This document shows positions 53,951 to 64,000 of a stretch of DNA of 64,000 nucleotides, piece after piece. Location of the stretch: the NCBI RefSeq assembly GCF_030028105.1, contig NC_092370.1:80248969-80312968 (forward strand), given 5' to 3'. Position 1 is the first letter of the stretch; each line of letters begins with the position of its first letter. The position numbers and the translations under genes were made by a program. This stretch comes from Mobula birostris (lineage: Eukaryota). The notes under the pieces were generated by a model. The model saw only the letters and a program-made list of their open reading frames with translations, did not search any database and was not told where the DNA came from.

Positions 53951-56900
53951 CCCCATCATAAATCTTCCAGCCCCTTTAAATAGCCATATAACGCATTAAT
54001 CCTCATTGAAAAGGTAATCAACTCCTTTATAATTTTCCCAACTCTCTAAAATGGTCACCCTTCCGTTATTAATTTCCCCCGCCCGAATGGGTAACCCACC
54101 CTTTTATATTTCTTCCGGCTGTTTAACATGCTCAATTGCCCTTGTTAATTGAATGGGTAACTAACACCTTTATAAATCTCCCAACCCTTTAAAATAGTCA
54201 ACGCCCCCTTATTATTCCCCCTCTTGAATGTGTAGCCATCCTCTTTATAATCCTCTTTTTTTCCGCCACCCTGAACGTTTTTAAAATGGTTGAAACCCTC
54301 AAATGAATTAACTATCCTAGTGCTAGATCCACTCTGGCCTTTACAAAAGTGATTAGTCAGCCTACGACCTCTCTGAATGGAGCGATCCACGTCCTTATTA
54401 ATCCCCAGACCTCCAAATTTTCATACTCGGCCCTTAAATTTGAATTTCTTATGCCAAATGTAGCCCCATTAAAATGAATACTCCCTGATTTATACCGTCT
54501 GGAAAACAGCTCCCTGCTAACACGCCCTAAAACCCAACCAGACACTCAAGGTATAACAATTCTTTTATCCGTCTTGAGCCCTTTACTAAACTCAATATGT
54601 TTAAATCTGAGCCTCTTTAACTGAATGATCCCCTAAACCACGTTACCAAATAATTAATAAACCTGCTGTCGGTGCGCTTTTACCCTATATAAATTCTAAA
54701 ATAAAAACCCTTATAACCTCCGTGATTACCCGTAGCTCTTGTTTAGCTTGTTCCATGACAGCCCTGAGCCCCTCCTAATGTGTAATCGCTGTCTATCCTC
54801 CATACCCTGTACTCCATGTAGGCTGAGCAACTGATAATCATTATGTGGCCATAATTCCTTAAAACTGAGCAACTTCCTTGTAACCACCACCAACTCCTTG
54901 CATTTAACAGCCTGGTCGCCTGTTCTGGCCGTATGTCATTAATAATCTCGGTTTGAAATGCTGCGTTCTTTCTAATACTTAACACTTTGCTGCAACGCCG
55001 TTTAGTGGCCGAGTATATTTTGTGTTGGATTGGAGACGGACATATTTTCCTATTGCCCTATCCCTCTTTGAAACCTGAAAGATTTCATCTGTGCACTGAT
55101 GGAGTTTGGGAGAGGCGGGGTGGGGGGGGTGGAGTGGAATTTGCAGTGGCCTTTCTCTGCATCTGCCTGGGATGGGCCAGGCTTTGAGTGCATTTTGTGT
55201 AGTTGGGCCGGTGCCAGACCCTAGTTGTGTGATGTGGCAGTTCTCGCAGTAACTGCGCGCAAGAAGATCGTGTCCGGGCTCAATTTGCCAACGCATGATA
55301 GTTGCGTTTTTTTGTGTGTGTAATCTCGTACTTGGAGACAAATTTATTTTTAGATACGTTACCTAGTTGCTCCCTGTGAATGAATAGATGTTTCGCTGAA
55401 TAAGAATGAAAGCCTGTCATTAATTTTTCCCTTTTATTTGCTACTGTGTCTAGGTACAGGACTCTGCCAAAATGCCAACGACTTGCACGCTAATGTAGGG
55501 AATTTCTCAGTCTATTTCCGCTTTAAGAAATATTTAATACCATAGCTGCTGGAAATCTGAAATTAAAAGTGATCATTGGAAAATTATTCCGATCAGCCAG
55601 CGTCTGCTTGGAGAACAAGTTAATGTTTTATGTAGCCTCATAGAGCATAGGAACAGGTCCTTAGGTCCAACTGGCCCATGCCTATCAATATTCCAGTCTA
55701 ACCTATCCCCATTTGCTTGGGGTTTGGGAGATTTTGGATCTCACCCTCCCCCTCCCCCTCCCCCTTTCAAATCTCTTACTAACTCTTCCTTCGGTTAGTC
55801 CTGACAAAGGGTCTTGGCCTGAAATGTTGACTATCTCTTCCTAGAGATGCTGCCTGGCCTGCTGCATTCACCAGCAACTTTGATGTGTGTTGCTCCCATT
55901 TGCTTGTGTTTGGCTGATGTCCCTCTAACCTTCCCTATCCATGAACCTATCCAAGTGCCTGTTAAATATCATTGTTGTACTTGCCTCGACCACTTCCTCT
56001 GCCAGCTCCTTTTATACACTGAGCTTCCTTGGATAAAACGTTGCCCTTCAGGTTCCTAATTAATTAAGATTAAAAAAAAAAATTGTTACATCTACCTTGA
56101 AATATACAGTGAAATGTGTTATTTGTGTCGGTGATCAACACAGTCCGATGATATGCTGGGGCATCCTACTAACCTGTAAGGCTTTGGAATGTGGGAGGAA
56201 ACTGGAGCAGCTAAAGGAAGCCCTTGCTGTCACAAGGAGAACATACAAACTCCTTACAGACAGTGGCAGGAATTGAACCCTGATTGCTGACGCTGTAAAG
56301 TGTTACGCTAGCCACCTTGCTGCCTTCTCCCCCTCACCTTAAACCTGTGTTCTCTGGTTCTTAATTCCCTAACCCTAGAAAAAAGATCGATCTTTCAGCC
56401 TGTCTTTGCCCCTCATGGTTTTATACATTTCTGATAAGATCACCTCTCCTTCTACACTCCAATGCAGAGTCCCAATCTGGTTAACCTCTCTCCATAATTC
56501 AGTCCCTCAAGTCTGGCCAACATCCTTATGATTCTCTGCATTCTTTCCAGCTTAATGGCATAGAGCCTGGAAGCAGGCACTTCGGCCCGACTGGTACATG
56601 CCGACCAAGATACCCTGTCCAAGTTAGTCCCACTTGCCAGTTTTTAGCCCATAACTTTCTAAACCATTCCAATCCATGTACCTCTTAAACTGTCTTTTAA
56701 GTTATTATACTGTACATGCTTTAGTCAGTTTCTCTGGCAGCTGATTCCACCTGGTTCTGTAGATGTAATAAAAGAGTGACCCTCAAGTTTTTGATACTTG
56801 GTCTCTTGGGTGGGAGACAAATGACAGTGAATTTTGAGGCACACCCTTAAAATTGAGGGGCTACCCTTTAGAACAGAGACAAGGAGGAATTTTTTTAGCC

Positions 56901-57509
56901 AGAGAGTGGTGAGTTTGTGGAATGCTCTGCCACATACTGTGGTGGAGGCAAAGTCCGTGAGTATATTTAAGGCCAAAGTTGATTGTTTCTGGATCGGTCA
57001 GGGCATAAAAGGATAGTTACAGGGAGGCAGATGTATGGAGTTGAGAGAGATCCAGGATCAGCCATGGTGAGTCAGAACAAACTCGATAGGCTAAGTAGCC
57101 TAATTCTGTTCTTGTGTCTTATGGTCTTTAAACCTACGCTGTCAAGTTTTTGGTACTCAATCTCTTGGGTGGGAGACAAAAGACAGTGAATTGACCATAT
57201 GAATGCGCCTCATGTTATACACCTGTAAGATCAGCAGTCTCTTGTGTGCTAAGGAATGAAGTACTAACTTCTCCCTATAATTCAGTTCCTCAAATCCTAG
57301 TATCATCCTTGTAAACCTTTTTTGTACTCTTTCCAGTTTAATAATATATTTCCTATAGCTGGGCGAACAAAACTGAACACATTACTCCAAATGTGGCCCT
57401 ACCAGTGTCTTATACAACTGCACCATGACCTCGAACTATTATGCTCAGTAACCCTGAAGGCCAGCGTGACAGTCAAAGTCTAACTATGCCTTCACATTGA
57501 GGGAACTAG

Positions 57510-58315
57510 TTACAAGAGAAAGTTAGTGAACCCTTTGTAATTACCTGGTTTTCTGCATTAATTCCTTATAAAATGTGGTCTGATCTTCATCTAAGTCATA
57601 ATAATAGACAAACACAATCTAACTAAACTAATAACACACTTAAAATTATACTTTTCCTGTCTTTATTGAATACATTATTTAATTATTTACAGTCCAGGCT
57701 GGAAAAAGTATGTGAACCCTTGTATTTAATAACTGGTAGAACCTCCTTCAGCAGCAATAACATCCATTAAATATTTCCTGTAGCTGCTGATCAGACTTGC
57801 ACAACAGCGAGGAGGAATTTTAGACCATTCCTCCATACAACCTGTTTCAGTTTGTCATATTTCTGGGATATCTTGCATGAACAGCCCTCTTCAGGTCATG
57901 CCACAGCATCTCACTTGGTCATTTCAAGACAAAAATTTTCTTCTTTCTAAACTATTCTGTTGTTGACTTACTCTCGTGTTTCGGATTAATGTCTTGTTGT
58001 GTCATCCAATTTCTACTATGCTTCAGGTGACAGACTACTACCCTGACATTCTGTAAGATGTCTTGATACAATTTTGAATTAATGATTGCAAGCTGATTGC
58101 AATCAGTGATTGTAAGCTGTCCAAGCCCTGAAGCAGCAAAGCAGCCCCAAACAATGATACTCCTTCCATCATGCTTCTCAGTTGGGATGAGTTTTGGTGT
58201 TGGTGTGCATGCCACAGCATCTCAGTTGGTCTCCTCCAAACATGGTGGTATGCATTTCTACCAAAAAGTTCCAATTTTGTCTCACCTGTCCATGGAGCAT
58301 TGTCCCAGAAGTGTC
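57510..58315 (-). mobile_element. Tc1/mariner remnant (one TIR + partial catalytic domain)
   Basis: PTEKHDGRSIIVWGCFAASG...QQDINPKH; repeated AAAGT(T/A)(A/T)GTGAACCCT motif near 57520 and 57705; truncated by a CR1 fragment (58315-58780). Confidence 0.78.
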
Positions 58316-59812
58316 ACAGAATGATTCTGGGAATGAAAGGGTTAACATATGAGGAACATTTGATAGCTCCTGGCTTGTTCTCACTGAAGTTTGAAGTAGG
58401 GTTGCATTGAAATCTACTGAATATTGAAAGCTCTAGATAGAGTAGATGTGGAGAGGACATTTCCAATAGTGGGAGACTCTAGGACCACAGAGCACAGGTT
58501 CAGAATATAAGGATGTTCCTTTAGAACAGAATTGAGGAGAAATTTCTTTAGCCAGAGGGTGATGAATCTATAGAATTCATTGCCACAGACAGATGTGGAG
58601 GTGAAGTCATTGGGTATATTGAAAGCAGGGGCTGATTGGTTTTTGATTAGTAAAGGGGTGAAAGGTTATGGACAGAAAGCAGGAGAATGGGTTTGAGAGG
58701 GAAATTAAACCAGCCATGATTGAATGGTGGAGAAGACTCGATGGGTCGAATGGCCTAATTCTGTTCCTATGTTGTAAGGTATCACAAAAAAAAACACCGG
58801 TTCATAAGAAATAATTTCCCATGAACAAAACTATGCTGCCAACTTCTGTCTGTGTCCAGATGTGTGTATATCCTATCTCTTCGAATACCATCCAGTAACT
58901 TACACAGATGTTTGCCTTGCTGGCCTACCCTTTATTTTGCCACCCTTCTGAAGTAAAGGCCTATCATACCTGCCAGTCTACCAGCATCTCACCTGTGGCT
59001 AACGATGCAACTATCTCAGCCAGGGCTCCTGCAATTTCTTCTTAAGCCTTTCACTGTGCGCTTGGATAAACCAGGTTAGGCCTTGGAAATTTGTCTACCT
59101 TCATACTTTTTAAGACATCTAACACCACCTGTAATCCAGTCTCTCCCAAAAGCCCCTCCATTACTTTTCCTAGTTCTAAAGTTTTCTCTGTTAAAAGCCA
59201 GAAAAATATTCACTAATGCCCTTGCCCATCTCCCTCAGCTACACACTGATGTTCCCTTTGAACTTTAAGGGCTCTATTGTCTCCCTAGTTGTTCTTTTTC
59301 CCTTAATGTTTTTATGGAAATGTGTAATTATACAATAAGGGACTGTGTAGTAATTTTTAAAAATAGTCAAATGTTTCAGGTTGAACCTATTTTGTCAGAA
59401 TCAGACCCAGTTCTGGCAAAGAATTTCTGACCTGAAACATTAACTTCATTCTCTGCCCACACAAGTGGCATGACTTGCTGTGTATTTTCACCGTTTTCTG
59501 TTCTTATTTTGGATTTCTAGCATCTGCAATTTTTAAAATTTTCGTTTACTGGCTGAAGTTTCGACTCTGGCACTCATCTAATACTATATGAATTCTGCTT
59601 GGAAGTTTATCTGGTTAGCAGCAAGTGTTAAGATACTAATGGTTTTCACAACCACAGCATCACACCTATTGTATATCTATATGAGACCATAACACAAAGG
59701 AGCAACATTAGGCCATATGGTGTCCTTGTTGTGAAATGCTGCTCAGAATGGATATGTGGGTATGAGAGGTGAATTGAATTGAATTGACTTTATTACTTAC
59801 ATCCTTTACGTA

Positions 59813-61413
59813 TAGTAACATGTAAAAGTTTGGGCACCCGGTCAAAATTTCTGTTACTGTGAATAGCTAAGCGAGTAAAAAAAAATGACCTGATTTCCAA
59901 AAGGCATAAAGTTAAAGACGCCACATTTCTTTAATATTTTGAGCAAGATTATTTTTTATTTCCATCTTTTACAGTTTCAAAATAATAAAAAAGGAAAAGG
60001 GCCTGAAGCAAAAGTTTGGGCACCCTGCATGGTCGGTACTTAGTAACACCCCCTTTGGCAAGAATCACAGCTTGTAAATGCTTTCTGTAGCCAGCTAAGA
60101 GTATTTCAATTCTTGTTTGGGGGATTTTCGCCCATTCTTCCTTGCAAAACTCTTATAGTTCTGTGAGATTCTTGGGCTGCCTTGCATGCACTGCTCGTTT
60201 GAGGTCCATCCACAGATTCCCAATGATGTTTAGGTAAGGGGACTGTGAGGGCCATGGCAAAACCTTCAGTCTGCGCCTCTTGAGGTAGTCCATTGTGGAT
60301 TTTGAGGTGTGTTTAGGATCATTATCCTGTTGTAGAAGCCATCTTTTCATCTTCAGCTTTTTTACAGATGGTGTGATGTTTATTTCAAGAATTTGCTGGT
60401 ATTTAGTTGAATTCATTCTTCCCTCTACCATTGAAGTGTTCCCTGTGCCACTGGCTACTGCAACACGAGCCCAAAGCATGATCGATCCATCCCCATGCTT
60501 AACAGTCGGAGAGGTGTTCTTTTCATGAAATTCTGCACCCTTTTTTCTCCAAGCATACCTTTGCTCATTGCGGCCAGAAAGTTCTACTTTAACTTCATCA
60601 GTCCACAGGACTTGTTTCTAAAGTGCATCAGGCTTGTTTGGATGTTCCTTTGCAAACTTCTGACGCTGAATTTTGTGGTGAAGACGCAGGAAAGGTTTTC
60701 TTCTGATGACTCTTCCATGAAGGTTATATTTGTGCAGGTGTCACTGCACAGTAGAACAGTGCACCACCACTCCAGAGTCTGCTAAATCTTCCTGAAGGTC
60801 TTTTGCAGTCAAACAGGGGTTTTGATTTGCCTTTCTAGCAATCCTATGAGCAGTTCTCTCGGAAAGTTTTCTTGGTCTTCCAGACCTCAACCTGACTGCC
60901 ATCATTCCTGTTAACTGCCATTTCTTAATTACATTATGAACTGAGGAAACTACTACCTGAAAGCACTTTGCTATCTTCTTATAGCCTTCTCCTGCTTTAT
61001 GGACATCATTTATTTTGATTTTCAGAGTGTTAGGCAGCTGCTTCGAGGAGCCCATGGCTGCTGATTGTTGGGACAAGGTTTGAGGAGTCAGGGTATTTAT
61101 AAAGCTTTGAAATTTGCATCACCTGGCCTTTCCTAATGATGACTATGAACAAGCCATAGCCCGAACAAGCTAATTAAGGTCTGAGACCTTGGTAAAAGTT
61201 ATCTGAGAGCTCAAATTTCTTGGGGTGCCCAAACTTTTTCCTTTTTTCCCATTCTGAAATTGTACAAAACAAAACAAAAATAATACACTAATCTTGCTTA
61301 AAATGTTGAAAAGAATGTTTCATCTTTAACTTTATGACTTTTGGAGATCAGTTCATCTTCTACTTAACTATTCACAGTAACAGAAATTTTGACCAAACTT
61401 TTGCATGCCATTG
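59813..61413 (-). mobile_element. Full-length decayed IR/DR-type Tc1 (DD34E) transposon
   Basis: ~200-bp TIRs with internal direct repeat AAAAGTTTGGGCACCC; TA on both sides (59811-12, 61414-15); transposase MGSSKQL...GEGYKKIAK...RSGRPRK...WTDE...QQDNDPKH...WPSQSP with a stop, frameshifts and the catalytic E read as G. Confidence 0.93.
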
Positions 61414-61415
61414 TA

Positions 61416-61945
61416 CACGAGGAGTAAAAATCTTTGCCTTAAGTCTCTGTCTAAATGTACAATGTGCAATTTTTAGTCGTTTGTAATAGTATGTACCACA
61501 GGACAGTCAATATGACACAGAAATACAATTGTATCAACGTTCATTAATCAGTCTGATGGCATGGTGGAAGAAGCTGTCCTGGAGCCTTTTGGTCTTGGCT
61601 TTTATGCTGTGGTACCATTTCCCGGATAGTAGCAGCTGGATCAGTTTGTGGTTGGGGTGACTCGAGTCCCCAATGATCCTTCAGGCCCTTTTACACATCT
61701 GTCTTTGTAGATGTCCTGAATAGTGGGAAGTTCACATCTACAAAGGCACTGGGCTGTCCGCAGCACTCCCTGCAGAGTCCTGCGATTGAGGGAAGTACAG
61801 TTCTCATACCAGGCAGTGATGCAGCCAGTCAGGATGCTCTCAATTGTGCCCTGTAGAAATTTCTTAGGATTTGGAGGCACATACCAAACTTCTTTCACCG
61901 TCTGAGGTGAAAGAGGCGCTGTTGTGCTTTCTTCCACCACATATC
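61416..61945 (-). mobile_element. Rex1/L2-like LINE 3' fragment (host of the Tc1; its tail continues at ~59770-59810)
   Basis: ORF 61641..61940 TIESILTGCITAWYENC; (GAATT)n tail on the other side of the Tc1. Confidence 0.75.
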
Positions 61946-64000
61946 CGGTATGTACAGACCTCGTGGATCCTCAGTGATGGGAACAATAGACATGATGCTT
62001 TTAGAAGTCATGACTCATTTAAAAAGACAAATGTAGAAATATTTTGGAGGGAAAATCCAGACAATAGGAGGTTTAACAAACAATCTGATGGAGAGCTCAA
62101 CAGGTCAAATAGCACCTGTGGGAGGAAAGTAATTGTCAACCCTGCACCAGGACCTTTTATTTTTCCCAACCCCTACAGATGCTGCTTGACTCAGAGTTCC
62201 TCCAGCAGATTTTGTTGCTCCAGATTCCAGCATCCACCAATGCTTGTATCTGAATGGTAGATTCAACATTGGAAGAATAGATGAAATGCAATGAACAATA
62301 GGAGTAGGAGGTTTGAAGGCACTGAAATGGCAGAAATAGATCATCAAGGGATTTGGGATAAATAGCTTTATTGTAGCACATTGGGGAGCAATTGTAGTTC
62401 AGGTAGAACATAAATAGCAGTTGGTGTACACCAGAGAATGGCACTGGATGGTTAATGATTCAGTGAAAATGAGATGAGTCCGTGCATTGCTGTTAAGATG
62501 GAGCTGGTCTGCTCTGATGATTGCCAATATAGACTTAAATACCCCACGAACCTAATACCAAATTTTCTAATGCCCTAACTAAAATCAAGTGACAGGAGCA
62601 GAGGAAATTGTTTGAAAACATAGATAGAATTTGTGGTGCAGGCAGAATGATGGTCTGAGAACATGCTTCTGTGTTTTTTTTTAAAGTATGCATCAAACGT
62701 TAGGTGTTGATGTACTTGTGACAAAATACAATACCGGTGGTTTGCTGTTAACCCTGATGGAATATACATAAGAGACTGGTAATTAGTTACAGATGACACT
62801 TCAAGAAGTACAGAGCAATTCCATTATAGTTTTATTTCAGGACGACTTTTGAAATGCCTGGTATCCTGGTAGGCAGAGATGAAGCGTACTGTTGAAGGAG
62901 AAAACAAGAAAATTTGCAGATGCTGGAAATCCAAGCAACGCATTTAAAATGCTAGAGGAGCTCAGCAGGCCAGGCAGCATCTAGGAAAAGAGTATAGCTG
63001 ACATTTCAGGCTGAGACCCTGCTGAGTTCCTCCAGCATTTTGTGTGTGTTGAGGGAGAAAAATTGCTTTAAACAGAAAGCTTGAGTGTTTTGTCTCCGTA
63101 ATTGACTGCAGAGTGGTCACCATTATTTTTAAAGTGACATAACTGCTTTAAAAAAACAAAAAAAAAATCAACTTTTTTAAAGTTAAAGATTTTCACAGCA
63201 CGTATTAAATAATCCTATCCTGGTCTGTGTAAAACAGTATAAATTGCATAGTTTTTCCATGTGAATCAAATTAGTAGAAAACAAACTGTTGATTTAATCC
63301 TAAATCTGCTGTTAGTATTTTCTGTTGTTTACTATGGAAAAATTGTGTAATTTCCAAATTTTTTTTTTGGCACATGGGCCCCTGTATGTCCCTTGTATTG
63401 GATGTCTTGCATTGCATGCTGTTGTGTTGGTGGCCAGTTCTAACTTTCAACCTTGTCTCAGCAGACTTGTTGCTTTCCTTCATCCTGACCAGTCTGAACA
63501 AAAGGGCTACTGTAATAAAATTACTTTCTGAGCGAGTTGGAGAAATGCTGATTGGAAACATTTTCACTGGACAATAGTGGATTTTGTTTTGTAGTTTTCC
63601 TAGTTGCTGTTAACTACAGTTTTCAGCCCACTGTCGCAAAGTTCATAAGGAATATTGTGGTGGAAAGGGTATATGATATTCATCACCAATTCTAGTTATA
63701 ATCTTAATCAGCGTTTCTTGCGGTATATTATACAGGAGAAAGGTTTGCATCCCCAGCTTTCCCTGGAAGTGACATATTGGAATGAACATTGGCCATTTGA
63801 CCCATTGAAGTCATCCTTTCAATTGATGATTCCTGTCAGGGTTTACTTGCCTTAAGCCATTTAAGACAGTATGTAACACACAAAATGTTGGAGAAACTCA
63901 GCAGGGTAGGCAGCATCTATGGAAAAGAGTACAATCAACGTTTTGGGCCGAGACTCCTTGGCAGGACTGGAGATAAAAAGCTGAGGAGTAGATTTTAAAG

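Noticed and set aside
53176-53959. Several long overlapping ORFs on both strands (e.g. 53256..53891 minus, 53279..53911 plus)
   Set aside because: Expected by-product of a GC-rich CpG island with few stop codons; only the 53497 frame resembles a known protein.
62830-62900. Possible MTDH exon 2 after TTTATTTCAG
   Set aside because: Phase-0 reading hits a stop after three codons and shows no LYRIC similarity.

Overview
Vertebrate nuclear DNA, about 42% GC and dense in repeats. The repeat content (CR1/HER1-type LINE tails, Penelope-derived repeats, Tc1 and hAT elements, tRNA-SINEs) suggests a cartilaginous fish, probably a ray or skate; this is an inference. The window holds an intact + strand meprin A beta (MEP1B-like) gene. 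Fourteen coding exons were mapped by hand between 2135 and 49725; all introns are GT-AG and the exons give 2169 nt of continuous frame. Only the signal-peptide exon was not found, and it is probably upstream of the window. About 3.5 kb downstream lie a CpG-island promoter and the first coding exon of MTDH (LYRIC/AEG-1). The introns contain a decayed full-length Gypsy LTR element with a PNMA-like gag, a dUTPase-like spacer and a tRNA-Pro primer site, itself nested in a CR1 and carrying an RTE insertion. They also contain a second Gypsy (sushi/Tf2-like) fragment, many CR1 and Rex1/L2-like LINE pieces, two Tc1 remnants, a hAT MITE carrying a LINE fragment, and SINEs. Most notable: (1) a dispersed family of Penelope-derived short repeats with a minimal hammerhead-ribozyme consensus, often in fold-back arrangements; (2) in-frame MEP1B exons that begin with a 5' splice-site motif (recursive-splicing signature), one carrying the Met-turn; (3) inverted CR1 copies bracketing exons 11-12. 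Comparisons to human proteins are from memory, repeat boundaries are approximate unless a TSD is quoted, and no searches were run.
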